From an uncultured Actinomycetota bacterium (GTDB lineage: Bacteria; Actinomycetota; Actinomycetes; Streptosporangiales; Streptosporangiaceae), in contig CAWHQU010000010.1 of the NCBI GenBank assembly GCA_963831615.1, forward strand, positions 27,404 to 91,403: a stretch of DNA of 64,000 nucleotides, in the 5' to 3' direction. A program made the translations under genes and the position numbers. This document shows, piece after piece, positions 9,267 to 18,646 of this stretch. Each line of letters starts with the position of its first letter. Positions within the stretch are counted from its first letter, which is position 1. The notes under the pieces are model-generated. The model did not search any database and had not been told where the DNA came from. It was given only the letters and a program-made list of their open reading frames with translations.

Positions 9267-9886
9267 TGGCCCGGCTGGCCCCTATCTCCGCCGACAGCCC
9301 CGTCGCCATCCTCTTCGTCATCGGCCCCGTCGTCGCTAGCACCGTCGTCGCTGGCACTGTCGTCGGGCACCCGGTACGGATCCGGATCCCCGGCGTGCAC
9401 CGCGCCGTCGCGCGCCGCGGCGACCGCTGCATCCGCAGCCCTAGCCCTGGCGACCAGATCCTCAATGGTCCTCGCGGTGTCGGGCACGGTGTCCTGGCTG
9501 AAGCTGATCGACGGCGTGTGCTTCAGCCCGGTCTGCTTGCCGACTTCGGACCTGATCAGCCCGGTCGCGCTGGCCAGCGCCGCGGCTGTGCCAGCGACCT
9601 CGTCGGCGGAGCCGTACACGGTGTAGAACACCGTCGCCTCGCGCAGGTCACCGGTCACCCGGGCCTCAGTCACGGTCACGAAGCCGAGCCGCGGGTCCTT
9701 GATCCGCAGCTCCAGCATTTCCGCGACGATCTCGGCAATCCGGTCGCCGAGCTTATTCGCTCGAGTGTGGGAGGCTCCGGAGGGCCGTCTCCCCGAGCCA
9801 GCAGTGCCGGGGGGTCGTCCCCCCGCGCCAGCAGTGCGGGGGGTTCCGGGGGCTCGTCCCCCCGAGCCAGCACGGGCCTGGTTCAT
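9263..9886 (-). CDS. rbfA: Ribosome-binding factor A with Gly/Arg/Pro-rich N-terminal and acidic C-terminal extensions
   Basis: Core LGDRIAEIVAEMLELRIKDPRLGFVTVTEARVTGDLREATVFYTVYG. Follows DUF503/infB. The tail contains DD(G/S)(A/G)(S/D) pentapeptide repeats. Confidence 0.85.
   Translation of the reverse strand: MNQARAGSGGRAPGTPRTAGAGGRPPGTAGSGRRPSGASHTRANKLGDRIAEIVAEMLELRIKDPRLGFVTVTEARVTGDLREATVFYTVYGSADEVAGTAAALASATGLIRSEVGKQTGLKHTPSISFSQDTVPDTARTIEDLVARARAADAAVAAARDGAVHAGDPDPYRVPDDSASDDGASDDGADDEEDGDGAVGGDRGQPGQ
9320..9364. repeat. 3 x 15-bp tandem repeat inside the rbfA tail
   Basis: ATCGGCCCCGTCGTC / GCTAGCACCGTCGTC / GCTGGCACTGTCGTC on the plus strand. Confidence 0.7.
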
Positions 9887-9890
9887 CGGC

Positions 9891-10190
9891 TTACTCCCCT
9901 TCTTCGGTCACCAGCCGCTGCCTCGCTGCCAGCAGCTCGATCTCGGGCCGCCCGGCTACGAAACGTTCGCATGCGTCCAGCACTTCCCTGGCGTTCGCAG
10001 CGGTTGAGCTGACCACTGCGATACCAATCTCAGTCCGCCGGTGCAGGTCAAGGTGACCGGTCTCGCCCACGGCGACGCCGGGAAACCGGCGGTGCACGTC
10101 GGCGATCAGGGGCCTGACCACCGAACGCTTCTGCTTCAGCGACCTGACATCGCCCAGCAGAAGGTCCAGGGTCAGCGCCCCCACATACAC
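9891..10190 (-). CDS. DUF503 domain protein (YlxP-like)
   Basis: VYVGALTLDLLLGDVRSLKQKRSVVRPLIADVHRRF...IGIAVVS matches the DUF503 pattern, in the conserved slot between infB and rbfA. GTG start at 10188-10190 (or 10182-10184) avoids overlap with infB. Confidence 0.75.
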   Translation of the reverse strand: MYVGALTLDLLLGDVRSLKQKRSVVRPLIADVHRRFPGVAVGETGHLDLHRRTEIGIAVVSSTAANAREVLDACERFVAGRPEIELLAARQRLVTEEGE

Positions 10191-10218
10191 AGCGGCCTGT
10201 TTCGCGCCCGTTCCCGGC

Positions 10219-13188
10219 CTAGGTCCGGGGCTTCTCCCGCATCTCATACGTCTCGATCACGTCGGCGATCTTGACGTCGTTGTAACCGATGCCGATACCG
10301 CACTCGAAGCCTTCCCTGACCTCGGTGGCGTCGTCCTTGAAGCGGCGCAGCGACTCGACGGTGAGATTGTCCGACACGACCACGCCGTCCCGGACCAGCC
10401 TGGCCTTGCTGTTGCGGTTGATCGTCCCGGACCGGACGATGCAGCCGGCCACATTGCCGATCCGCGGCACCCGGAAGACCTCGCGAACCTCGGCTGTGCC
10501 CAGCTGAGCCTCTTCGAAGATCGGCTTCAGCATGCCCTTGAGCGCGGCCTCGACTTCCTCGATCGCCTGGTAGATGACCGAGTAGTAGCGAATGTCCACG
10601 CCCTCGCGCTGGGCCAGCTCGCCGGCCCGGCCGGCCGGCCGGACGTTGAAGCCGATGATCACGGCATCGGACGCGATTGCCAGGTTCACGTCGTCCTGGG
10701 TAATCGCACCGACACCGCGGCCGATAACCCGCAGCTGCACTTCCTCGCCGACGTCAAGCTGCAGCAGCGCGTCTTCCAGCGCTTCCACCGAGCCGGAGAC
10801 GTCGCCCTTGATGATGAGCAGCAGCTCTTCCCGCTCGCCCGACTTGAGCGCCGACTCCAGGTCCTCCAGCGTGACCCGCGGCCGCCGCTGGGCGAACATC
10901 GCAGTCCGCTCCCTGGCTTCCCGCCGCTCGGCGATCTGCCGGGCGATCCGGTCATCGTCGACGACCAGGAAGCTGTCGCCAGCGTCCGGCACCGCGGTCA
11001 GGCCGAGCACCAGCACCGGGCGGGACGGCGGTGCTACCTGCACCGGGTCGCCGTTCTCGTCCAGCATGGCGCGGACCCGGCCGAAGGCCTCGCCGCAGAC
11101 GATGGAGTCGCCCACCTTGAGCGTGCCGCGCTGCACTAGCACGGTCGCGACCGGCCCGCGGCCCTTGTCCAGGTGAGCCTCGATCGCCACGCCCTGAGCC
11201 TGCTGCGCCGGGTTCGCGCGCAGGTCGAGCTCCGCGTCGGCAGTAAGGACGACTGCCTCGAGCAGCTGCTCGATGCCGGTACCGTTCCTGGCCGACACGT
11301 CGACGAACAGCGACTGGCCGCCGAACTCCTCAGCCACCAGGCCGTACTCAGTGAGCTGAGCCCGGACACGCTGCGGGTCGGCGCCTTCCTTGTCGATCTT
11401 GTTCACCGCGACAACGATCGGCACGCCGGCCGCCTGGGCGTGGTTCAGCGCCTCAGTGGTCTGCGGCTTCACGCCGTCGTCCGCGGCCACGACCAGGATG
11501 ACCAGGTCGGTCGTCTCGGCACCACGGGCACGCATGGCGGTGAACGCCTCGTGACCGGGAGTGTCGATGAACGTGATCTTGCGCTCCTGGCCGTCTACCT
11601 CGGTATTGACCTGGTAGGCGCCGATGTGCTGGGTAATGCCGCCAGCCTCGTGCGCCACCACGTTGGTGTGCCGGATCGCGTCGAGGAGCTTGGTCTTGCC
11701 GTGGTCAACATGACCCATCACGGTGACGACCGGCGGCCGCGCCACCAGGTCGGTGTCGTCACCCTCGTCCTCGCCGAACTCGATGTCGAAGGACTCGAGC
11801 AGCTCCCTGTCCTCTTCCTCCGGCGAGACCACCTGCACGTTGTAGTTGAGCTCAGCCCCGAGCAACTGCAGTGTCTCGTCGTTCACCGACTGCGTGGCGG
11901 TAACCATCTCGCCGAGATGGAACAGGACCTGCACCAGCGACGCCGGGTTGACGCCGATCTTGTCGGCGAAGTCGCTCAGCGAGGCGCCTCTGGAGAGCCG
12001 GATGGCCTGGCCGTTGCCGCGCGGAATCGACACGCCGCCGATAGCCGGCGCCTGCATGTTGTCGAACTCTTGGCGGCGCTGCTTCTTCGACTTACGACCC
12101 CGTGACGGCCGGCCGCCTGGCCTGCCGAACGCACCAGCGGTACCGCTGCGACCACGGCCGCCCGGACCTGGCCGGGCCGGAGCCATCCCTGGCCGGGCAC
12201 CGCCGCCAGCGCCTGCGCCACCGCGCGGGCCGCCCGGACCACCGCCGGGGCCGCCCCGGCCGCCGCCGGGACGCGGGCCTGCGCCCGGACCTGCCGATCC
12301 GCCGTAACCACCGCCGCGCGGGCCGCCCGGACCACCGCCGGAACCGCCCTGGCCGAAGCCACGGCCACCGACGGGCCGGGGCGGCATGCTGCTGGGGCTC
12401 GGCCGCGGGCCGCCGGGCCGGGGCCCGCCGGGACGCGCGCCGTCGCCGGGGCCGCCCGGTCCCGGCCGTCCTGTCGCCGGGCGCGGGCCTGACGGACGCG
12501 GGCCGCCAGGTGCGGCCGGGGCGCCAGAAGCCGGAGCGCCTGGCGCTGCCGGGCTGCCGGGCTGCGGAGCCCGCGGAGTCGCGCCCATACCGGTCGCAGT
12601 CGAGCTGAACGGGTTGTTACCAGGTCGCGGGCCTGGCCGGGGGCCCGGCCGCTGGCCGCCATGCGGCGCCGTCGGTCGCGGCCCGGAGGCCGCCGGTCGC
12701 GGCGCGGCGGGCCCTGGCGTCACGCCATCGGCCTGCGGCTGCGCTGCGGGCCTGGTTTCCGCAGGGGGCAATTGCGGGCCAGCACTCTGGTCCTGCGGGA
12801 ACGGCACGGTAATCGCCGGACCAGGCTGCGGCGCTGCCGGCGGCTCTGGTTCTGCCACTGGCTGTGCTGGCTGCGACGGGGCCGGCTCCGGCGCGGATGC
12901 CTCGACGCGGGCAGCCTGGCCATTCTCGGCCGGCGGCGCTGCAACTTCGGCATCAGCTCTGGCTCGCCCGTTCGCGGCGCCGCGGGTCGCCGCGGCCGCC
13001 TTCCCGGCGCCGTTTGCTGCCTTGGCTGCCTGGCCTGCGAATTCGTCTTTGAGCCTGCGGACTACGGGCGCCTCGATTGTCGAGGACGCAGACCTGACAA
13101 ACTCACCCATCTCCTGGAGCTTGGCCATCACGGCCTTACTCTCGACGCCGAACTCCTTAGCGAGTTCGTATACCCGGACCTTCGCCAC
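10219..13188 (-). CDS. infB: Translation initiation factor IF-2
   Basis: 989 aa. [16 protein letters not shown]-terminus, long Gly/Pro/Arg-rich linker, G-domain [19 protein letters not shown]...DTPGHEAF...NKID. Confidence 0.97.
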   Translation of the reverse strand: MAKVRVYELAKEFGVESKAVMAKLQEMGEFVRSASSTIEAPVVRRLKDEFAGQAAKAANGAGKAAAATRGAANGRARADAEVAAPPAENGQAARVEASAPEPAPSQPAQPVAEPEPPAAPQPGPAITVPFPQDQSAGPQLPPAETRPAAQPQADGVTPGPAAPRPAASGPRPTAPHGGQRPGPRPGPRPGNNPFSSTATGMGATPRAPQPGSPAAPGAPASGAPAAPGGPRPSGPRPATGRPGPGGPGDGARPGGPRPGGPRPSPSSMPPRPVGGRGFGQGGSGGGPGGPRGGGYGGSAGPGAGPRPGGGRGGPGGGPGGPRGGAGAGGGARPGMAPARPGPGGRGRSGTAGAFGRPGGRPSRGRKSKKQRRQEFDNMQAPAIGGVSIPRGNGQAIRLSRGASLSDFADKIGVNPASLVQVLFHLGEMVTATQSVNDETLQLLGAELNYNVQVVSPEEEDRELLESFDIEFGEDEGDDTDLVARPPVVTVMGHVDHGKTKLLDAIRHTNVVAHEAGGITQHIGAYQVNTEVDGQERKITFIDTPGHEAFTAMRARGAETTDLVILVVAADDGVKPQTTEALNHAQAAGVPIVVAVNKIDKEGADPQRVRAQLTEYGLVAEEFGGQSLFVDVSARNGTGIEQLLEAVVLTADAELDLRANPAQQAQGVAIEAHLDKGRGPVATVLVQRGTLKVGDSIVCGEAFGRVRAMLDENGDPVQVAPPSRPVLVLGLTAVPDAGDSFLVVDDDRIARQIAERREARERTAMFAQRRPRVTLEDLESALKSGEREELLLIIKGDVSGSVEALEDALLQLDVGEEVQLRVIGRGVGAITQDDVNLAIASDAVIIGFNVRPAGRAGELAQREGVDIRYYSVIYQAIEEVEAALKGMLKPIFEEAQLGTAEVREVFRVPRIGNVAGCIVRSGTINRNSKARLVRDGVVVSDNLTVESLRRFKDDATEVREGFECGIGIGYNDVKIADVIETYEMREKPRT

Positions 13189-13271
13189 TGCGCTCCTCTA
13201 CTCGGCCCGGTCAGACCGGGCCTGTCAGCCAGCGAGGCAGGGCGTGCTCCGCCGGCGTCAGATTGTGCTGT

Positions 13272-13640
13272 TCATCGCCGCGTGCTCATCGAGCGCTCAT
13301 CGCAATTCAGCCTCTTTTCGTCTCGCCCAGCTGGTGGCATCTCACCGGAGATGTACTCCGTGACCTTGCCCGCCGGCAATGGTGCCGGCAGGCGAAGGGC
13401 TCGCGAGAACGCCTTGCGGCGCTGGGCTCGTTCCAAGCATGCCAGGTCCGGGTGCAGGTATGCACCTCGGCCAGGCTGCCGCGCGGTGATGTCAGGAACA
13501 ATCTCGTCTCCTGCCGCCACCAGGCGGATCAAGTCGCGCTTAGCCGCGCGCGCCCCGCACCCGATGCAGGTCCGGACCGGCGCAGCACGTGCGCTGTCCA
13601 GCTTACAGGGCCTTTGCCTGAGCGGTACCTGGCGCGGCAT
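13272..13640 (-). CDS. YlxR/DUF448 family RNA-binding protein
   Basis: [19 protein letters not shown]...[26 protein letters not shown], located between nusA and infB. ATG at 13638-13640 overlaps the nusA 3' end by 38 nt. Start uncertain. Confidence 0.75.
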   Translation of the reverse strand: MPRQVPLRQRPCKLDSARAAPVRTCIGCGARAAKRDLIRLVAAGDEIVPDITARQPGRGAYLHPDLACLERAQRRKAFSRALRLPAPLPAGKVTEYISGEMPPAGRDEKRLNCDERSMSTRR

Positions 13641-14817
13641 CCGTCCCCTGCGCTGTCCCGGGCACAGTTACCTGCGCGCTTGCGTCAACGGTTCCCTTCG
13701 CAGGCACATTCCCCTTGTCCGGCGCTGTTCCCGTCGCATCGGCTGAACGCCGGGCTGCCACGACGCGCCGCGCGGCTGCCGTGTCCGGGGCAAGCGTCTT
13801 GTCCAGAGCAGGCGCCTCGTCCGGTGCGGCGGACGCCGCGGCCGGACCAGCCTCTGCCGTGTCCGGCCGGATGTCGATCCGCCAGCCGGTCAGCCGGGCG
13901 GCAAGCCGGGCATTCTGCCCCTCCTTGCCGATCGCCAGCGACAGCTGGTAATCCGGCACGATGACCTGGGCGACCCGGGCCTGGGCGTCGATGACGTTGA
14001 CTTTCGTCACCCGCGCGGGCGAGAGGGCATGCGCGACAAACTGGGCCGGATCAGGCGAGTAGTCAACAATGTCGATCTTCTCGCCGTGCAGTTCGGTCAT
14101 CACGTTGCGGACCCGGCTGCCCATCGGGCCGATACAGGCGCCTTTGGCGTTGACCCCTGGCTGGTGCGAAATCACCGCGATCTTGCTGCGGTGACCCGCC
14201 TCGCGAGCGATCGCGGCGATCTCGACAGCCCCGGAGGCAATTTCCGGCACCTCCATCGCGAACAGCTTCTTGACCAGGTTCGGGTGCGTGCGCGACAAAG
14301 TGACCGACGGGCCGCGGTAGCCCTTGCGGACGTGCAGCACATAGCAGCGCAACCGCTCGCCATGCACGTATTTCTCGCCGGGCACCTGCTCAGTCGGCGG
14401 CAGGATTGCCTCCAGCTTGCCAAGGTCAACGAGCACCGCACGCGGGTCCCTGCCCTGCTGGATGACCCCCGCGACCACGTCGCCCTCGCGGCCTGCGTAC
14501 TCGCCGAAGGTCAGCTCATCCTCGGCGTCCCGCAGCCGCTGCAGGATTACCTGCCTCGCCGTCGTCGCCGCGATCCGGCCGAAACCGACCGGGGTGTCGT
14601 CATATTCCTCACCTGGCTCGCCCTCGGCAGCGGCCCGGCGCGCCCAGACGGTGACGTGCCCGCTCTTCCGGTCGACTTCCACTCGCGCTACCGGGGCCGC
14701 GCCGTCAGTCTTGTGATACGCCACCAGCAGCGCATCCTCGATTGCCTTGATCGCCAGGTCGAGCGAGATGTCCTTCTCCGCCTCCAGGCTCCCCAGGACG
14801 CTCAGGTCAATGTCCAC
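13603..14817 (-). CDS. nusA: Transcription termination/antitermination factor NusA
   Basis: S1 and KH regions ([10 protein letters not shown]..., [72 protein letters not shown]). GTG start abuts the rimP stop. Confidence 0.95.
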   Translation of the reverse strand: MDIDLSVLGSLEAEKDISLDLAIKAIEDALLVAYHKTDGAAPVARVEVDRKSGHVTVWARRAAAEGEPGEEYDDTPVGFGRIAATTARQVILQRLRDAEDELTFGEYAGREGDVVAGVIQQGRDPRAVLVDLGKLEAILPPTEQVPGEKYVHGERLRCYVLHVRKGYRGPSVTLSRTHPNLVKKLFAMEVPEIASGAVEIAAIAREAGHRSKIAVISHQPGVNAKGACIGPMGSRVRNVMTELHGEKIDIVDYSPDPAQFVAHALSPARVTKVNVIDAQARVAQVIVPDYQLSLAIGKEGQNARLAARLTGWRIDIRPDTAEAGPAAASAAPDEAPALDKTLAPDTAAARRVVAARRSADATGTAPDKGNVPAKGTVDASAQVTVPGTAQGTDAAPGTAQAKAL

Positions 14818-15447
14818 CTAATCCTCCTCGCCCAAGTCAGCGTCGCCCGAGTCAGCTTCGTCCGGGGAATCGGCGAAATGACCGAACTCAACCTGGACCC
14901 GGCCTGGGCCCAGTTCTGCGTACTGATACTCGCGAGTCACGCCATCTCGCTCCAGAGTCACCCCAAGCTCGCTCCAGCCGGTGATGCGACCCTCGGCGGT
15001 GGCTACCCCGTTTCCGTCATGAGGAGCGGTTGCTTCGTCTTTCAGCGGAGCTACCACAAGCCGCCCGGCCGCACGGCGCCAGTGCCGCGCCTCCGTCAGC
15101 GGCCGATCGACGCCTGGCGACGACACCTCAAGGGTGTACGGCGCGTCGCCCATCTCGGCGGAACTGTCGAGCTTGACGGACAGCTCACGGCTGGCGAGCG
15201 CGATGTCGTCCAGGCTCACGCCGCCGTCTGCGTCGACGACTACCCGCAGTACCCGCCGACGGCCGGCCAAGGTCACGCGGATGCTTTCCAGATCCATGTT
15301 CATCGCGTGCACCACGGGATCGAGCAGGCGCGTCAGCCGGTCAGCGTCGGGCAGGGGACCGGCCTGGCCAGCCCGCGGTCCCGCCTCCCGGCCGCTAACC
15401 TTGCCCTTGGCCTGGGGATGCGAACCGCGACGGGAGCCACCGTGCAT
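14818..15447 (-). CDS. rimP: Ribosome maturation factor RimP
   Basis: LLDPVVHAMNMDLESIRV...VVVDADGGVSLDDIALASRELSVKLD...YTLEVSSPGVDRPL. ATG at 15445-15447 is preceded by GAGGAGG 6 nt upstream. Confidence 0.85.
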   Translation of the reverse strand: MHGGSRRGSHPQAKGKVSGREAGPRAGQAGPLPDADRLTRLLDPVVHAMNMDLESIRVTLAGRRRVLRVVVDADGGVSLDDIALASRELSVKLDSSAEMGDAPYTLEVSSPGVDRPLTEARHWRRAAGRLVVAPLKDEATAPHDGNGVATAEGRITGWSELGVTLERDGVTREYQYAELGPGRVQVEFGHFADSPDEADSGDADLGEED

Positions 15448-15649
15448 GACGACCTCCTCGCCCGCGACCTGTGCTGTTATCGGCGCTGGTATCAGCGCTG
15501 GTACTGGCAGCCGTGCCGACATCTAGCCTAGCCGGGACGCGGAGCTGCGGTTCGCGCCCAGGCGGTTCGGTTCCGGGTGTCATGCTGTTGGCTCGGTTGC
15601 GGGCAGGCGTTGGCGGTGCCTGAGGTACGAAGGATGCGGGGATGCTCTA

Positions 15650-16261
15650 GTGGCGGATGACCGGGCGGTTTCCGGCCGGGGGCCAGCTGGCCCGACCCGG
15701 CGGGCGCTGCTGGTGGTCTCGGCGGCGGCCCTACCGGTGCTGCTCACTGCGTGTAAAGGCATCCAGGCCCTTGGCACCCCGCCAGCGCCGCCTGCCGACG
15801 TCGACGTGCTGCGCGACGCGATCGATCACGAGGCCGCGCTGGTCGCTCATTACACTGCGGCGCTGGCCGCCCGGGGCTCGGCGGGCTCGGCGGGCTCGGG
15901 TGGCTCGGGTGGCCCGGCCGGCTCGGGTAGCTCGGCGGGCAGCGGGCGGACGTCGGCCGTCCTTGCGGCAGTGCTCTCCGATCACCGTCAGCACCTGGAG
16001 CAGCTCAGGTCGCGGCTGGTCGAGCCCGCGGGAGTGAGATCGCCCGCTCCAGCACACAGCCCGGCTGCGTCTTCCGGGCCGGCCGGCCGCGGCGCGGTCC
16101 TCACGATGGCTCAGCTTGAGGAGGCCGAGCAGGCGGCGTCGGACCAGCTGATCGCCCGGCTCGGCGGCCTGCCGCCAGCGCTGGCGCAGCTGTTCGCGAG
16201 CATTGCGGCGTCGGAGGCAACGCACGTTCCCTATTTGCGGGCCGCGAGGCGGGGCCGATGA
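15650..16261 (+). CDS. Ferritin-like DUF4439 lipoprotein
   Basis: N-terminus RRALLVVSAAALPVLLTAC (signal peptide plus lipobox), then DHEAALVAHYTAAL...ASEATHV, a ferritin-like pattern. Contains a (GSA)n linker. Same position next to rimP as in other actinobacteria (from memory). Confidence 0.65.
   Translation: MADDRAVSGRGPAGPTRRALLVVSAAALPVLLTACKGIQALGTPPAPPADVDVLRDAIDHEAALVAHYTAALAARGSAGSAGSGGSGGPAGSGSSAGSGRTSAVLAAVLSDHRQHLEQLRSRLVEPAGVRSPAPAHSPAASSGPAGRGAVLTMAQLEEAEQAASDQLIARLGGLPPALAQLFASIAASEATHVPYLRAARRGR
15875..15946. repeat. Eight tandem 9-bp units (GGCTCGGCG-like) encoding a Gly/Ser/Ala linker
   Basis: GGCTCGGCG x2, GGCTCGGGT x2, GGCCCGGCC, GGCTCGGGT, AGCTCGGCG, GGCAGCGGG read directly. 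Confidence 0.7.
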
Positions 16262-16746
16262 CGGGCGCGTCCCGTTCGGGTTCATCCGGACTAGAGCGAG
16301 CTATCACCGCGTCCTCGCCGGCGATCGCTGCTCTGCAGAGCGCGCTGGCGGCTGAGCAGGCCGCCAGTTACGGCTACGGCGTTGTCGGCGCCCGCCTTCC
16401 GCAGGGCTCGGCCGATCAGGCTCTCGCCACCACCGACTGGGTGGCGCACATGCGGGCCAGGGACCAGCTGTCAGCGCTGATCACCGCCCGAGGGGCAACG
16501 CCCGGGCCGGCCGCGGTTGCCTACCAGCTGCCGGAGACAGTGGACAGTCCGGCAGCGGCCAGGGCGCTCGCCGCGACGCTCGAGGATCGCGTCGCGCGGG
16601 CTTATCTCTCGCTTGTCGCGCTGCCGGACGGCGGCCTGCGGAGTTTCGGCGCTCAGCAGGTGCGGGCAGCCGCTCTGCGCGCCGAGGCGTGGCGTGGTTC
16701 GACGCAGGCGTTCCCCGGCTTGCCGCCGTCCAGTTTGGCGGGCTAG
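16258..16746 (+). CDS. Ferritin-like DUF4439 domain protein
   Basis: ALQSALAAEQAASYGYGVVGARL...ATLEDRVARAYLSLV. 4-nt overlap with the preceding paralogous gene. Confidence 0.65.
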   Translation: MTGASRSGSSGLERAITASSPAIAALQSALAAEQAASYGYGVVGARLPQGSADQALATTDWVAHMRARDQLSALITARGATPGPAAVAYQLPETVDSPAAARALAATLEDRVARAYLSLVALPDGGLRSFGAQQVRAAALRAEAWRGSTQAFPGLPPSSLAG

Positions 16747-16862
16747 TGATCCTGCAGCCGCCGCCACGTTTCATCGATTTTGACTAGCTGGTGGGATGCT
16801 TTGTCCCGGTTCGAGCCGCAAAGATCCGTGAGAGGTGGGCCAGCACGCAATCCGGGCCCGCC

Positions 16863-16883
16863 AAATGGCGCATATTGCCATTT
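16863..16883. terminator. Stem-loop between convergent genes
   Basis: AAATGGC-GCATATT-GCCATTT: 7-bp stem, 7-nt loop, T-run on the plus side. Confidence 0.35.
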
Positions 16884-16936
16884 CGTGGCGCCGGCTGACA
16901 CGACAGCAGGCACCCAGGATCGGGGCTCAGCCCGCC

Positions 16937-17518
16937 TCAGCCGCTGGCAGCAAGGACGTGCCCGATCATGGCTGCCGCGCCCTCGAGGTCTTCGCCCACC
17001 GTGATCCGCTCGGCCCAGGACCACCAGAACCACCACAGCCCATCCTGGCCGCGTCCCGCGTATACGTCCTCCGCCAGCGCGGTTGCGCCCGGATTCACCA
17101 CGTGCAGGCTCGGAACCCGGCCCGGCGGCGTCATCAGCCTGGCTCGCAGTCCGTAATGGCTGAGCACCTCGGCTAGCCCTTCAAGCCGGGCAAGGTTTGC
17201 TTGCCAGGTCGGTGAAGGTGCGGCGGCCGGCGCGGGACCAGGGCCAGCCGCCGCCGTCGGTGCGACTGTGGTTGCCGCACCCGTCGCGCTGGCGCTTGCC
17301 GCGTGGGCGGCAGAGGCAGCCGGCGCGGCAGAGGCAGCAGCCGGCGCGGCAGAGGCAGCGGCCGGCGCGGCAGAGGCAGCAGCAGCCCGCGCGGGAGTGG
17401 CCGCGCCCGGCCTGGCAGCCCACCCTGACGGTGCGGCCGGCGCCGCCGCAGGGCGCGGCGCCACGGGGGTAGTGATGTTCCGGCCCGCGGCGTAAGCCGA
17501 GTCCGCCTTCGGCGTCAT
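16937..17518 (-). CDS. Hypothetical protein: Ala-rich repeat region plus Trp-rich C-terminal domain
   Basis: ATG at 17516-17518 (MTPKADSAY) with AGAGG upstream. AAASAAP heptad repeats, then LARLEGLAEVLSHYGLRARL...GLWWFWWSWAERITVGEDLEGAAAMIGHVL. No family recognised. Confidence 0.55.
   Translation of the reverse strand: MTPKADSAYAAGRNITTPVAPRPAAAPAAPSGWAARPGAATPARAAAASAAPAAASAAPAAASAAPAASAAHAASASATGAATTVAPTAAAGPGPAPAAAPSPTWQANLARLEGLAEVLSHYGLRARLMTPPGRVPSLHVVNPGATALAEDVYAGRGQDGLWWFWWSWAERITVGEDLEGAAAMIGHVLAASG
17307..17386. repeat. 18/21-bp tandem repeat (core GCGGCAGAGGCAGC x4) inside the Ala-rich gene
   Basis: Core occurrences start at 17307, 17325, 17346 and 17367. Confidence 0.7.
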
Positions 17519-17752
17519 GTCGTCACCTCTGGTAGCTGTCGCACAGCATAGAGTAATGACACAGCACTTACTATGCACCGGGTTCGGCCCGATCTGCAAC
17601 ATGCATTATGAAGTTCGCACGTGCCGTGTTTAACAAAGTTGCTGCCGGGAAGCAGGTGCCGGGACTGGACGGAACCTCAGCCTCACCGCCACACTGAGTT
17701 GCACCCGCCAGGTTACGAACCGGTAAAGAGCGCAGCCGCGGGAGGTTACGAA

Positions 17753-18604
17753 GTGGCAACCGCGCAAAGTCCCACTGTTCGTCGCCGTCGGCTTGCCCTC
17801 GAACTGAGGCGCCTGCGCGAAGCAGCGAAACTCACCTGCGAGGAAGTTGCCGAGCAGCTTGAGTGCTCGGCGTCCAAGATCAGCCGAGTGGAGACCGGCC
17901 GCGTATCGGTGTCGCCGCGAGATGTACGGGACATGCTCGAGATTTACGGCGTCCCCGACAGCCAGCGTGATGCCCTGGTGCAACTCGCCCGAGAATCCCG
18001 GCAGAAGGGCTGGTGGCACGCATACGCCGACAGCGTGCAGCCGCATTTCGCCACCTATCTCGGGCTGGAGAGCGCGGCGACGGAGATCAGGATTTATGAG
18101 GTCAACCTGATCCCGGGTCTGCTTCAGACCGAGGACTATGCGCGAGCGGTCATCGCAGCAGGAATGGTCAACAGCCCGCGCGCGGACATCGAGCGCCAGG
18201 TCGCGCTGCGGATGGAACGGCAGCGACTGACGATCACCAGTCCGCCGAAGGTGTGGGCAGTGCTCGACGAGGCCGCGCTGCGCCGCGAGGTCGGCGGCCC
18301 CGAGGTGATGCGGGTCCAGTTGGAGTACTTGCGCGAGCTCGGCGGCTTGCGCAACGTGTCGTTGCAAGTCATCCCGTTCGGCGGCGGAGCGCACCCGGCT
18401 ATGGGCAGGCCATTCGTCATCCTCGTCTTCGGCGAAGAAGCCGACCCGGACGTGGTGTACCTGGAGGACCTGACCAGCGCGCTGTGGGTGGAGAACGTCC
18501 AGGAAGTCGACAGGTACAACGTGTTCTTCAACCATTTGCAGGCGACGGCGCTGTCGTTCGATGACTCCGCGGCGCTGATGGCCGCAGTCGTGAAGGAGAT
18601 GTAA
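17753..18604 (+). CDS. XRE-family HTH regulator with DUF5753 C-terminal domain (WhiJ/Scr1-like)
   Basis: LALELRRLREAAKLTCEEVAEQLECSASKISRVETGR (HTH_31 type), followed by the DUF5753-like region YLGLESAATEIRIYEVNLIPGLLQTEDYARAVI. GTG at 17753 has GGAGG 7 nt upstream. Confidence 0.8.
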   Translation: MATAQSPTVRRRRLALELRRLREAAKLTCEEVAEQLECSASKISRVETGRVSVSPRDVRDMLEIYGVPDSQRDALVQLARESRQKGWWHAYADSVQPHFATYLGLESAATEIRIYEVNLIPGLLQTEDYARAVIAAGMVNSPRADIERQVALRMERQRLTITSPPKVWAVLDEAALRREVGGPEVMRVQLEYLRELGGLRNVSLQVIPFGGGAHPAMGRPFVILVFGEEADPDVVYLEDLTSALWVENVQEVDRYNVFFNHLQATALSFDDSAALMAAVVKEM

Positions 18605-18646
18605 CCGCGCCGGCGAGCGCTGTGCAGACGAAACGGGGCCGGGTCG

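Noticed and set aside
12100-12700. Highly repetitive Gly/Pro/Arg-coding DNA in infB as a possible mobile or hypervariable element
   Set aside because: This is the usual low-complexity linker of actinobacterial IF-2. The repeats are imperfect and in frame.
13204-13222. Hairpin GGCCCGGT-CAG-ACCGGGCC between ylxR and infB as an attenuator
   Set aside because: It is a small stem inside a tightly packed operon, with no U-tract or alternative structure evident. Evidence is insufficient.
12386-13746. Long plus-strand ORFs (325 and 361 aa) across the infB/ylxR region
   Set aside because: They are antisense to IF-2 and YlxR. The translations are Arg/Pro/Gly low-complexity with no motifs, a high-GC stop-codon-depletion artefact.
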